A stretch of DNA of 64,000 nt from the NCBI GenBank assembly GCA_946614435.1, contig CAMOGW010000005.1, positions 23,147-87,146 of the forward strand, given 5' to 3'. Made by a program: the position numbers and the translations under genes. The notes beneath the pieces are model-generated. The model ran no database searches, had not been told where the DNA came from, and saw only the letters and a list, made by a program, of their open reading frames with translations. Source of the stretch: an uncultured Prevotella sp. (GTDB lineage: Bacteria > Bacteroidota > Bacteroidia > Bacteroidales > Bacteroidaceae). The stretch's first letter is position 1; every line of letters starts with the position of its first letter. Shown here piece after piece: positions 20,963 through 30,375 of the stretch.

Positions 20963-22264
20963 TCAAACGATGGGGAGCACGGGCTGGTATTCATCGGGAA
21001 CATGTGTGCTCTTGATGCGCCACTCTTTCGGGTAGAGGTTGTTGGCACGGTTGCCGATGTTCTTCACCTGTCCGAGAGGATGGCCTTTGAAGGCAACGGT
21101 GACGATGCCGCGTGGGGTGTCAGGAGGAAGAACAATGGCCTCGCCGCGCAGATAGGCGATGGCCTGAGGGTAGGAGAGGGGAGAGGTAAGAGGTGAGAGG
21201 GGAGAGGTGAGAGGAGAGATGGGAAATGTGAGAGGTGAGAGGGGAGATGGGAAATGTGAGAGGGGAGAGGTGAGAGGTGAGAGGTGGTTTTTCCACTCTC
21301 CTTTCTTCCTCATCACGGCCATGAACAGACCTTCGCCCTTTGTGTAGCCGGGGATGAAACGATAGACGGGGGCGGTGAAGCCTTCGAGCAGGGAGCCGAT
21401 GATGCCCCATTCGGCTTCGGTGTGAACCGTGAGTGGTTCGGCATCTAACTCCTCGATCATCCAGCGCACATTCTCCTCGTCTTCTCTCGTGTTGTAAGTG
21501 CAGGTGCTATAGATGAAAAGTCCGCCTGGCACCAGACATTGCCACGCATTGCTCACGATGTCGCGTTGCAGTTGCTGGCATTGCTGCACGTGCTGCAGAC
21601 TCCACTCCTTGATACTGTTAGGGTCTTTGCGAAACATGCCTTCGCCAGAGCAGGGGACGTCACATAGTATCACGTCGAACCGTAGCTTCGACTTTTTGTA
21701 ATCTTTTGGATAACAGTTGGTTACTATATGCTTATCGTACCCCCATTTCGTAACATTCTCCAGCAGGATGCTGGCACGCTTACGGTTAGGCTCATTGCTG
21801 TAGAGCACACTGCCGTTGGGCAGTGCCGAGCGCATCAGAGTCGATTTGCCGCCTGGGGCAGCACAGAGGTCCAAACACATTAACGGACAACTGTCTGTAG
21901 TCTGTAGTCTTTTATCTGAAGTAAAAGCTGTCAGATGCTGGCGCAGCACCTCGTCGAGAAACATGGATGAGGCTTCCTGCACGTAGTAGCAGCCGGCATG
22001 CAGTAACGGATCGAAAGTGAAATTAGGACGTGCTGACAGATAGAAAGCATTGCGGCACCAGGGAATGGGCTCTCCTTTTTCCGCTCTCCACTCTCCACTC
22101 TCCACTTTTCTCTCTTCGCTTTCCTCTCTCCGTTCTCCAATCTTCGAAGGATTCATCCTGATGCTGACAGGCGACTCCTCGCTGAGCGCTTGAAGGAAGC
22201 GTGCGAAGCGTTCTTCGCCGAACACAGGACGGACGAGCTGTATGAAATCGTCAGGTAATTGCAT
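20963..22264 (-). CDS. RsmF/NOL1/NOP2-family rRNA m5C methyltransferase with low-complexity inserts
   Basis: YYVQEASSM, DLCAAPGGKS, DVPCSGEGMFRK, YSTCT, C-terminal PUA-like RANNLYPKEWRI. Confidence 0.9.
   Translation of the reverse strand: MQLPDDFIQLVRPVFGEERFARFLQALSEESPVSIRMNPSKIGERREESEERKVESGEWRAEKGEPIPWCRNAFYLSARPNFTFDPLLHAGCYYVQEASSMFLDEVLRQHLTAFTSDKRLQTTDSCPLMCLDLCAAPGGKSTLMRSALPNGSVLYSNEPNRKRASILLENVTKWGYDKHIVTNCYPKDYKKSKLRFDVILCDVPCSGEGMFRKDPNSIKEWSLQHVQQCQQLQRDIVSNAWQCLVPGGLFIYSTCTYNTREDEENVRWMIEELDAEPLTVHTEAEWGIIGSLLEGFTAPVYRFIPGYTKGEGLFMAVMRKKGEWKNHLSPLTSPLSHFPSPLSPLTFPISPLTSPLSPLTSPLSYPQAIAYLRGEAIVLPPDTPRGIVTVAFKGHPLGQVKNIGNRANNLYPKEWRIKSTHVPDEYQPVLPIV
21174..21285. repeat. Heptamer tandem tract, 16 x GAGAGG(T/G)-like, inside the rsmF-like CDS
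   Basis: Read directly; encodes the SPLT/SHFP low-complexity peptide. Confidence 0.9.
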
Positions 22265-22362
22265 AATCGTTTGCAAAATTAAAAAAAAATGTGCACCTTT
22301 GCAACCGAATCACACAAAAGTTGTGTGATGTGATTTATTAAAAAAATTAAGTAAGAAGAAAA

Positions 22363-22965
22363 ATGAGACTGATACGACTACTTTTCATGATGGCGTGCCT
22401 CTTGGGATTTGCTCAAGGCACTGTTGCCCAGCAGCAGGACGAACAGCAACCTGAGATGGGCGAACTCATTGACTCAACCCAGACCGACGGTGTGGAAGCT
22501 TTCTCTGACACGACTGCCGTGGATACGGGGACGGTGGAAGTGGTGACTCCGCAGGCACCGATGGATGATGAAGACTTTGTGAAGATTGAGAATCTTTTCA
22601 ATTCGTCGGGAGGCATCTTTATGATTTTCAGCATGATTCTCACGCTGATGTTCACCATTTTCATCTTCTCCTTGCCCCTGCTGATAGTTATTGTCTTGAT
22701 TCTTTTAGTGGTGATGCTCTTCAGACGAAGACCCAAGCAGACAGGGCTGAATAATGCTTTAAACAACAATATGGATATGGAACAAGGAAAAAAACTGCGT
22801 CGTTCGCAAGATCGCGTGATTGGTGGCGTGTGTGGCGGTCTGGCCGAGTATTTCGGCTTCGATCCCACGGTGGTGCGAGTGGCCTTTGCACTGCTCACGT
22901 TCTTTACGGCCTTTAGTGGCATTCCCGTCTATCTGATTCTTTGGCTGGTTATGCCGTCAAGATAA
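22363..22965 (+). CDS. PspC-domain membrane protein with N-terminal extension
   Basis: C-terminal KKLRRS.DRVIGGVCGGLAEYFG.D...VR...YLILWLVMP. Confidence 0.85.
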   Translation: MRLIRLLFMMACLLGFAQGTVAQQQDEQQPEMGELIDSTQTDGVEAFSDTTAVDTGTVEVVTPQAPMDDEDFVKIENLFNSSGGIFMIFSMILTLMFTIFIFSLPLLIVIVLILLVVMLFRRRPKQTGLNNALNNNMDMEQGKKLRRSQDRVIGGVCGGLAEYFGFDPTVVRVAFALLTFFTAFSGIPVYLILWLVMPSR

Positions 22966-22991
22966 CCATTAGACTTAGGGAGAAACTCTTA

Positions 22992-25097
22992 TTAGAACAA
23001 GTCGTCCTCTGTGGCGGCTTGTTCTTCTTTTTTGTCGTTCTTTGGCTGCGGCTCCTCCTTGGGCTTTCCGTCGGTATCGAACAGTCCGTAGGTGGTGCGC
23101 AGCACGATGAACTCGGTGCGGCGGTTCAGCTGATTGCATATCTCCTGCTTCTCCTCGTCCTTCAGTGCGGTGATGAACTCCTCGGTGAGCACATCGCCTT
23201 CTTTCAGCCAGTCATACTTCTCCGTGAGTTTGCGCTTGATGGTCTTAGGCTTCTCTTTGCCATAGCCCATCGGCGACAGGCGGTCGGCTGCAATGCCGTG
23301 CTCGGTGAGGTAGTTGACCACGCTCTCGGCACGTCGCTGCGACAGGCGCTTGTTGTAGGCTTCAGAGCCGCGATAGTCGGTATGGGCCGATAGCTCGATG
23401 GTGACGTTCGGGTTCTCGTTGAGCAGTTTAATCAGGTTGTCGAGTGCCACCGTGGATTCCGGGCGAAGCGTAGCCTTGTCGAAATCGTAGAAGATATTGT
23501 TGATAAGCACGGGAGCCGTGATAGAGGCCAGCGGGAACTGCAGCACATACTCTTCCGATTCTTTCACCGTGTCCACTTTCAGTTGCTCTGTGTGGTTGAG
23601 GTAGCCTTTGCAAGTGCCGAGGAAAACGTAGTCAACTCCCGGCTGAATCTCCTCGGTGAAGGAGCCGTCGCCTTTCACGCTGAGTTTCTTGTTCGTACCG
23701 TCGTTGCCCACCATATAGACCAGTGCCTGTGGCAGTTCGTAGCCGTCTTGCTCATAGACCCAGCCTTTCACGGTCTGAATCACCTCATGTTTCTCAAACG
23801 AATAGATGTGATCCCACCCGCGTCCGTCGCCTCGGTTGGAGCAGAAGAAACCGCGATTGTGCAGTCCTTCGAACGTCATGCCGAAGTCGTCGCCTTGAGA
23901 GTTGAGGGGAAAGCCGGGATGTGAGAGGATAAACTGGGAGGAATTGGGGGTGGAGCTTTGGTTTTGTTCGGATATTGGCTCTGCTATAAAGATGTCTAAT
24001 CCGCCCATGCCCGGATGCCCGTTCGACGAGAAATAGAGGTCGCCATTGGGGCGGAAGGTGGGAAACATCTCGTCGGCTGGTGTGTTGATAGGGTAGCCGA
24101 GGTTCTCCAGAGCGCCGATGCCAGAAGTGGTGAGCTGTGCGCGCCAGATGTCGAGTCCGCCCATGCCGCCAGGCATGTCGCTCACGAAGTAGAGCCACAT
24201 GCCGTCGGGAGAGATGGCCGGATGGGCAAAGAGCGAGAGCGTATCCTTAGTGATTTCCAGTTCCTGCGGTTTGCTCCACGATGCGTCGCTGCGGTTCGAG
24301 GTGGCAATCTTGGCATAGCGCGGATAGTTAGGGTCGGTCTTGCAGACGGTGAGGTACATCGTCTTCGAGTCGGGCGTGAAGGCGCATGCCCCCTCGTCCT
24401 GTTCGGTGTTCAGTTCGCTCTCAATCGCTTCGGGCTTTTGCCACTTGCCCTTATCGTCCTTCGTGGCCATGAAGATGTCGGAAGGCTTGGTGCCTGTGAT
24501 GCCGCTCAGCTCGTCGCCGACAGCCTGGTTGCGTGTCGAGGTGATGAAGAGCTGGTCGTAATCGTCGCCTGCCAGCATGGGGGAGAAGTCGGCTCGGCGG
24601 GAGTTGAAGAGGTCCTCGCGCTTGACGGTGTAGCCCGACAGGGCTGCATCGGCTTTCCATTTCGGAGCCCTGCGTGCCGACTCTAACCCCACCTTCACCA
24701 GCGGGTTGTCGGGCATGGAGTCGAGCAGCGCCTTGAACACGTTCTCGGCCTCTTTGTAGTTGCCGTTCTTCAGCAGTAGCTGTCCCAGGTGAAACAGTGC
24801 CGTAGAGTCGGCCTGCTTGTAGCGCACGGCATTGTTGTAGGCGGCAATGGCTTTCTGCGTATAGTTGATGCGTCGATAGCAGTCGGCCATCTTCAGTGCC
24901 CGCTGTCCACGGAGCGGACGCTCCTTCGACTTGGTCATTGAGTAGGCTTTCTTATACTGCGCTGATGCGTCGAAGTATTCGCCAAGGGCATAGAATCTGT
25001 CGCCCTTCTTCATGGCGGCTTCGGCACCGCATCCTGCCAGAAGCAGAACGATGAGGCTGCCGATGATGAACTGATATATGGATTGACGCATTGACAT
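22992..25097 (-). CDS. TPR/PD40/OmpA lipoprotein (PorE-like, T9SS-associated)
   Basis: Lipobox LAGC, TPRs, PD40 repeats (FVSDMPGGMGGLDIW), OmpA motifs HTD.RGS..YN..LS..RA and NRRTEF. Confidence 0.88.
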   Translation of the reverse strand: MSMRQSIYQFIIGSLIVLLLAGCGAEAAMKKGDRFYALGEYFDASAQYKKAYSMTKSKERPLRGQRALKMADCYRRINYTQKAIAAYNNAVRYKQADSTALFHLGQLLLKNGNYKEAENVFKALLDSMPDNPLVKVGLESARRAPKWKADAALSGYTVKREDLFNSRRADFSPMLAGDDYDQLFITSTRNQAVGDELSGITGTKPSDIFMATKDDKGKWQKPEAIESELNTEQDEGACAFTPDSKTMYLTVCKTDPNYPRYAKIATSNRSDASWSKPQELEITKDTLSLFAHPAISPDGMWLYFVSDMPGGMGGLDIWRAQLTTSGIGALENLGYPINTPADEMFPTFRPNGDLYFSSNGHPGMGGLDIFIAEPISEQNQSSTPNSSQFILSHPGFPLNSQGDDFGMTFEGLHNRGFFCSNRGDGRGWDHIYSFEKHEVIQTVKGWVYEQDGYELPQALVYMVGNDGTNKKLSVKGDGSFTEEIQPGVDYVFLGTCKGYLNHTEQLKVDTVKESEEYVLQFPLASITAPVLINNIFYDFDKATLRPESTVALDNLIKLLNENPNVTIELSAHTDYRGSEAYNKRLSQRRAESVVNYLTEHGIAADRLSPMGYGKEKPKTIKRKLTEKYDWLKEGDVLTEEFITALKDEEKQEICNQLNRRTEFIVLRTTYGLFDTDGKPKEEPQPKNDKKEEQAATEDDLF

Positions 25098-25244
25098 ACC
25101 TTTTAATAACGCAGCTTCATGTGATTTATTGCATATATCAGCGAAAGGAAACAGAAACAGCCCCAGGTCCGTCGGCAGGATCTGGAGCTGTAGCGTATGT
25201 TTTCTTGCGGTCATTCCGTTGTGTGGCCGCGTCGGGATGGGCGA

Positions 25245-28200
25245 TTATTTGACCACCACCTTGCGGTTGCCCGACACATAGACACCGCGCTTGGGCTGCT
25301 GAACGCGACGGCCCTGCAGGTCATAGATGGGCTGAGCGCCGGTAGGATCGGCCTTGACAGATTCCACACCCAGCGGATCGACCACGGTCAGCTTGCCTGC
25401 CACGTAGGTGATGGCATAGTTCTGAGCCTCGGCACCGCTGACGGTGATCTCGTATTCGCCTGCCGGACTGTCGATGGTGGCATCGCAGCTGATGACGGGC
25501 TGGCTGGTGAGCACGTCTTCCTTCTCGTTGTTGCGGAATGACTTGTAGGTCACTTCGAACTCGGGATTGGGTTCGCCCACGTTGCGCGTGTAGCTCTTGG
25601 CGGTGATGGTGAGCGGTGCAGGCTCAATGGTGAACACACCCTCCACCAGCTCGGTGCCAGGCGTCACGATGGTGCCGACTTTCAGCGTGATGGGGTAGTC
25701 GCCTACAGGCAGATACCTGTCGCTGATGGCAGCACACTCGGCCTCTGGTTGTCCCTCGACAGGTGCGCCCGATACAATCGTCTCGATGGTGGCGATGGTG
25801 CGGCCATAGATGCGGCTGGCCTTGGCGGTCACTACAGGCTGGCCCGTATATTCGGTGAGGCGCTTGGCCTTGGCGCTCCATGTCTCGTCGGCCTCATAGC
25901 TGCTCAGCATGTTCTCCGGCAGGAACACCGTGGCCTGTGCGTTCAGGTAGCATGTTCCGTAGGGAATCACCTGTGCGTCGTTCATGATGACGAGGTTGCG
26001 CAGCTTACTGCAGGCCATGAACGCATTGCTGCCAATGCTCTGTATGTTTTTCGGCAGATAGAGTGTCACGAGATTCGATGTGTTGCGGAATGCATCGTTC
26101 GGAATCGCGGTGAGCGAAGTGAAATACTTCAGCTCCTCAAAATACTTCATTTTGTCATTTCCACGGAACAGCTCACCAATCTCGCTCACCTCGGCAGCCT
26201 CCTCGAAGCTGAGCTCACCGTCTTGGTCGGCATCCCAGTTGGTCAGACAGATGGTCTGTGCTGCGTTGTCGGAGAAGGTGATGAAGTGGAGCTTGTCGCG
26301 TACTGACTTCAGGGCGACGCGCAGTTCTTCGGTAGTGCTCTCGAAGTTGTCATATACGGCCTGCTCCTCAGTCACGTCTATGCTCTGTGCCTTGGCTTTG
26401 GCCAGCATCTCCTTCAGTTGTGCCACGATGGTCTCTTCCTGTTGTGCGGCCTGCATGGCTTCTTCGGTGATGAATGCCCACTGCGAGTTTCGGCTGATGC
26501 CCGGAATGTCCCAATAAATGCCGTTGGTGGGACTGGCCACGTCGCTCGTATGGGTCTCGTCGGTACCTAAGTATTCGTTGGCCACATAGTTCTCGTCGTT
26601 GGCCGGCACCTGCATGGTGAAGGTGTTGTCGTCGTCCATCTCAACCTGCCAGTAGGCTTTGGTAGATACAGCACCGTCGCCGAAGCATGCCTTCACGCCT
26701 TCGCCCACCTTCGAGTCAGTATTGGTGCGGAACACGGCCTTGCCCGTGCTGACATCCTGCAGATAGAAGACGCCTTCGCTCATGCTGTTGGTGCGTACCC
26801 ACTTATAAAGTCGGCCCTTTGCGCTGACGACCGACTGTGTGCCATAGGCTTCGCCCATTGTGAGCTGCATGCGTGAGCCGAGGTTCATGACGTAGCCCGT
26901 CAGTCCGTTCTCTACGGCTGAGTAGGCAGGCTGGACATGACCGCGAATCTCCACAATCTTGCCGAAGTTTTTCCATGTGTCGGCTTCCTCGTAGAGCGCT
27001 TTCGAGCCATAGGGGACGTAGAGCGTACACTCCGTCAGGGGCACGCCGCCAAAGATGTTGCTACCCAGTGTAATCGTGGCGGGATCGGGGCTCTCCACCG
27101 TCACTTCGCGCAGTGCGGAGCAGCCGTAGAAACAAGCCTGTCCGAGTTGGTTCACGAACTCAGGGATATTGATTTTCGTGAGCTTCTTACAGTTGTAGAA
27201 AGCGTAGTAGTAAATGTGCTGCAAGCCCGATGGGAGCACTATCGACTCCAGATTGGTGCATCCCTGGAAGGTGCTGCCATAGATGCTCGGTGCCGACTTG
27301 AAGTACTGGAACTCGTCGAAGTTCTTTAGCGAGGTGTTGTTCCTGAAACTGGTGGCGAAGTCGCCCGTCTCCGCAGCCTCGGCGTAGCTCAGCTCGCCGT
27401 CGAAGTTCGAGTCGTAGTTGGCAATGCAGATGGAACGCACTTGTGCGTCGGCAAACTCAATCAGGTTCAGTTTCTTGCGGAGTGAGCGCTGTGCTGCCAG
27501 CAGTTCTTCGAGCGAGCTGTCCAGGTTGTCGAAGACGGCCTGCTCGTCGGTAGCCTTCACCTGCTTCTTCTTAGCTGAGAGCAGGAGGGCGGCCAGTGTT
27601 TCAGCCGCCTCGTAGCGTGCTGTCACTACCTCGTCGTAGAGCACAAACTGCCAGTGACAGTTCTGCTTGTGGGTAGCATAGTCAATGTCGGAATACACAC
27701 CGTATGTGGGCGAAGCGGCACTGCTCTCGTGGTCGGTCTGCACACCCCAGAAATTGTCTGCTGCATAGTTGGCACCGTCGGTCGGAATCTGTATGGTATA
27801 GATATTGTTGCCAATGGGCTGAATGCTCCAGTAGGCATTGGTCGTGAGGTTGGCACCATCTACGAAGGCTGCCTGTACGCCCTGTCCCACATTGTTGTCG
27901 GTCGTGGTGCGGAATACATAGGTGTCGCTGGCCTTGCCTGCATCGGGAGTAGTGAGATAATACACGCCTTCGGGCATCGTGGCCGTGTGGTTCACCTTGA
28001 AGCGCATGGGCGATGTGCCTACGATGGCCTGTGCCCCCCATGCCTCGCCTTTGGTGAGGTAGCGGCCTGTGCCGATGTTATATAAATAATAGGTGTTGCC
28101 GGCTTCCATCGTGGCGAAATTGCCGCCCGACAGTTCGCGCACCTGCTTGATGTTGCCGAAGTCCTTCCACTGGTCTGCCGATGCAAAGTAGTCCTTGGTG

Positions 28201-29939
28201 CCTTGCATCACGGTGAGCGTGGCATGGCTCAGGTCTATTCCTCCGAACACCGAAGTTCCCATCTCTATGTTCTCGGGGTGGAACGTCTTCACGGTGAAGC
28301 TCGACAGCTTGGTGCATCCGGCAAAGGCATCGTCGCCGATTTTCTCAACGCTGACGGGCAGCTCCATTGCCAGGAGCAGGAGGCAGTTGCGGAATGTTCC
28401 CTTCTCAATGGCCGAGATCTCGCCCGGCAGCTCGAATCCTGTGAGCACGCTGCATCCGTCGAAGGCTTCTTCGCCGATGGCATTCACCGAAGTGGGCAGA
28501 AGCACTTGCTTCAGTTTCTGGCAGTCCTTGAAGGCGCGTGCGCCAACGGTCTTCAGCGCCTTTGGCAGCTTGATGGTCTCCAGCTGCGTGCATCCGTTGA
28601 AGGCATCGTCGGATAGGGTAGTGAGGCTCGTGAAATAGTAGAGCTCCTTGAAGCTCTTCAGGCTGGTCTGTCCCTTGAAGGCAGTTCCCAGACTTTCCAC
28701 CTCGGCAGCCTCGCCGTAGGTCAGCTTGCCGTCGTGGTCGGTGTCCCAGTTGGCCAGACAGATGTTCTTCACCGCAGCATCGGCAAACGACATGGTCTTG
28801 GCCTGATAGTTCTCAGGCTCCAGTCCCACCACAATCTGCCGGTAGGCGTTGTAACCGTCGCTACTGCCGCCGATGCCCTGTCCGTCGCCCGGCGTGAGGT
28901 TGGTCAGATAGTAGTAGCCGTCGCTCTGTCCGCCCCAGCCCCAGTTGATGTGGTAGCGCAGGTTGCCGTCGTAGCCGTCGCACACGAAGGCATGGCCCAC
29001 GCTGGCATTTGAGCCGCTGATGTAGATGGGGCGGCCTGCAGCCATCTCGGCATACACCAGGTTGTCCCATTCGGTATCGGTCAGTCCGTCGGAATAGCTC
29101 ACGAAGCGAGTTGACGAGCCGTAGCCGAAGTAGTTTACAAATGCGTTGTAGGCATCCCATGACTGTGCACCCGACGACGAGCTGGTGTAGTCCATCTTCA
29201 CCGATGCGCCGCAGTAGAACATCAAGTCGGCCACGGCTTTTTTCTGGATGTCGGTGGCCGAACCGTAGGTGTCTTTCATGTTCTCCCAGTCGATGGGCGA
29301 GCCTGCCGGCACGGCGCTCACGTTGATGCCCTTGGTCCAGGTGCTGAAGGCCGGGATGGTGGCTTGCGTCTCAGTGACCGATTTCTCGCGGTTGTAGTAG
29401 AGGATCTGTGCCATGGCCGTAGCCACGCAGCCCGTCACCGAGCGGTTGCCTCCGTCGAGTGGGCACGAGTTGTTGTAGGGGGCACCCTGGCTCCATTTGC
29501 TGGTCATCAGCTGGTCCACTTTCGGATGGGTGGAGGCCGCCTTGCGAATGACGGGTGCTCCAGCCTGGATGCGGGCCAGCTGGTTGGCATAGTCGTCCAG
29601 CCACTCCTTCATGTTCGGTGGCAGCTGCGAGTAGTCGAACGAGCCCTCGTCGCAGTAGCCCAGCACGTCGATGGTCTGGTCGTCGCCCGACACGATGACG
29701 AAGCCCTCGCTCTTCCCCTTGTCGAACACGTAGTAGGGGGCTATGCCGTTGTCGGCAGCTACCGAAGCTTTTCCGGGAGCCAGTTTTTTCTGGTTGACCA
29801 CTGCCGAGAGCTTGCGGGCGTCGCCTTTCTGCTTCATGAACGAAGCGGCTCGCACCTTTGCCTGCTCACGGGAGATAGGCTTGGCATTGACCGTCAGCAC
29901 CGACAGCGCCAATGCAATCATGCATGTAAAAAGTCTCAT
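25245..29939 (-). CDS. C10 (streptopain-family) cysteine protease with BspA-type LRRs, MBG-like domain and T9SS C-terminal signal
   Basis: GFVIVSGDD propeptide, WSQ..PYN, GCVATAMAQ, GHAFVCDGY, HINWGWGG; AF..C..L..I.LP repeats; IYDLQGRRV...GVY...KVVVK. Confidence 0.9.
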   Translation of the reverse strand: MRLFTCMIALALSVLTVNAKPISREQAKVRAASFMKQKGDARKLSAVVNQKKLAPGKASVAADNGIAPYYVFDKGKSEGFVIVSGDDQTIDVLGYCDEGSFDYSQLPPNMKEWLDDYANQLARIQAGAPVIRKAASTHPKVDQLMTSKWSQGAPYNNSCPLDGGNRSVTGCVATAMAQILYYNREKSVTETQATIPAFSTWTKGINVSAVPAGSPIDWENMKDTYGSATDIQKKAVADLMFYCGASVKMDYTSSSSGAQSWDAYNAFVNYFGYGSSTRFVSYSDGLTDTEWDNLVYAEMAAGRPIYISGSNASVGHAFVCDGYDGNLRYHINWGWGGQSDGYYYLTNLTPGDGQGIGGSSDGYNAYRQIVVGLEPENYQAKTMSFADAAVKNICLANWDTDHDGKLTYGEAAEVESLGTAFKGQTSLKSFKELYYFTSLTTLSDDAFNGCTQLETIKLPKALKTVGARAFKDCQKLKQVLLPTSVNAIGEEAFDGCSVLTGFELPGEISAIEKGTFRNCLLLLAMELPVSVEKIGDDAFAGCTKLSSFTVKTFHPENIEMGTSVFGGIDLSHATLTVMQGTKDYFASADQWKDFGNIKQVRELSGGNFATMEAGNTYYLYNIGTGRYLTKGEAWGAQAIVGTSPMRFKVNHTATMPEGVYYLTTPDAGKASDTYVFRTTTDNNVGQGVQAAFVDGANLTTNAYWSIQPIGNNIYTIQIPTDGANYAADNFWGVQTDHESSAASPTYGVYSDIDYATHKQNCHWQFVLYDEVVTARYEAAETLAALLLSAKKKQVKATDEQAVFDNLDSSLEELLAAQRSLRKKLNLIEFADAQVRSICIANYDSNFDGELSYAEAAETGDFATSFRNNTSLKNFDEFQYFKSAPSIYGSTFQGCTNLESIVLPSGLQHIYYYAFYNCKKLTKINIPEFVNQLGQACFYGCSALREVTVESPDPATITLGSNIFGGVPLTECTLYVPYGSKALYEEADTWKNFGKIVEIRGHVQPAYSAVENGLTGYVMNLGSRMQLTMGEAYGTQSVVSAKGRLYKWVRTNSMSEGVFYLQDVSTGKAVFRTNTDSKVGEGVKACFGDGAVSTKAYWQVEMDDDNTFTMQVPANDENYVANEYLGTDETHTSDVASPTNGIYWDIPGISRNSQWAFITEEAMQAAQQEETIVAQLKEMLAKAKAQSIDVTEEQAVYDNFESTTEELRVALKSVRDKLHFITFSDNAAQTICLTNWDADQDGELSFEEAAEVSEIGELFRGNDKMKYFEELKYFTSLTAIPNDAFRNTSNLVTLYLPKNIQSIGSNAFMACSKLRNLVIMNDAQVIPYGTCYLNAQATVFLPENMLSSYEADETWSAKAKRLTEYTGQPVVTAKASRIYGRTIATIETIVSGAPVEGQPEAECAAISDRYLPVGDYPITLKVGTIVTPGTELVEGVFTIEPAPLTITAKSYTRNVGEPNPEFEVTYKSFRNNEKEDVLTSQPVISCDATIDSPAGEYEITVSGAEAQNYAITYVAGKLTVVDPLGVESVKADPTGAQPIYDLQGRRVQQPKRGVYVSGNRKVVVK

Positions 29940-30098
29940 TGGATAGTAAAAAATAGTTTTAAGTTCTTTTCATGTTAGTAATCAGATGACAAAGATACGG
30001 CAATTTTTCCAAAGTTCCATGTAATTTTAAGAAAATTATAGATAGTTTGCATTTCCGTTTGATGTTCAGTCGCGTTTGGGCTTGCTTTCTTCGCGTTT

Positions 30099-30252
30099 GA
30101 GGTTTAGGAAGTCCCACAGCGAGGCGGTGGCTAAATCGTGCTGAGGTTTAGGACAGATCACATTGCGATTTAGGCGATATCGCTTGATGATCTTGGCTAA
30201 ATGGTCTCACGGTTTAGGCAGCATGGCGCTGTGATCTTGGCTAAAAGCCATC
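30099..30252. repeat. Array of 7 degenerate 22-bp palindromic units (consensus ~GYGATTTAG-N-CTAAATC)
   Basis: Units in phase at 30099, 30121, 30143, 30165, 30187, 30209, 30231. Confidence 0.7.
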
Positions 30253-30333
30253 TGCTCCATCTGCTCCCATCTGCTTTGCACGGAAGTAATTGAAAATCAG
30301 TGCGTTGCAGAAAGGGGGCAGATGGAGCAGATG
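30249..30333. repeat. Inverted repeat CATCTGCTCCATCTGC / GCAGATGGAGCAGATG just past the guaA stop
   Basis: Read directly; encloses TTGAAAATCAG. Confidence 0.7.
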
Positions 30334-30375
30334 AAATGAAAACTTATATAGTATAAGCGTATTGTGGCTCAGGTG

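Noticed and set aside
30099-30252. 22-bp arrays as degenerate CRISPR
   Set aside because: Units are contiguous with no unique spacers and no cas genes
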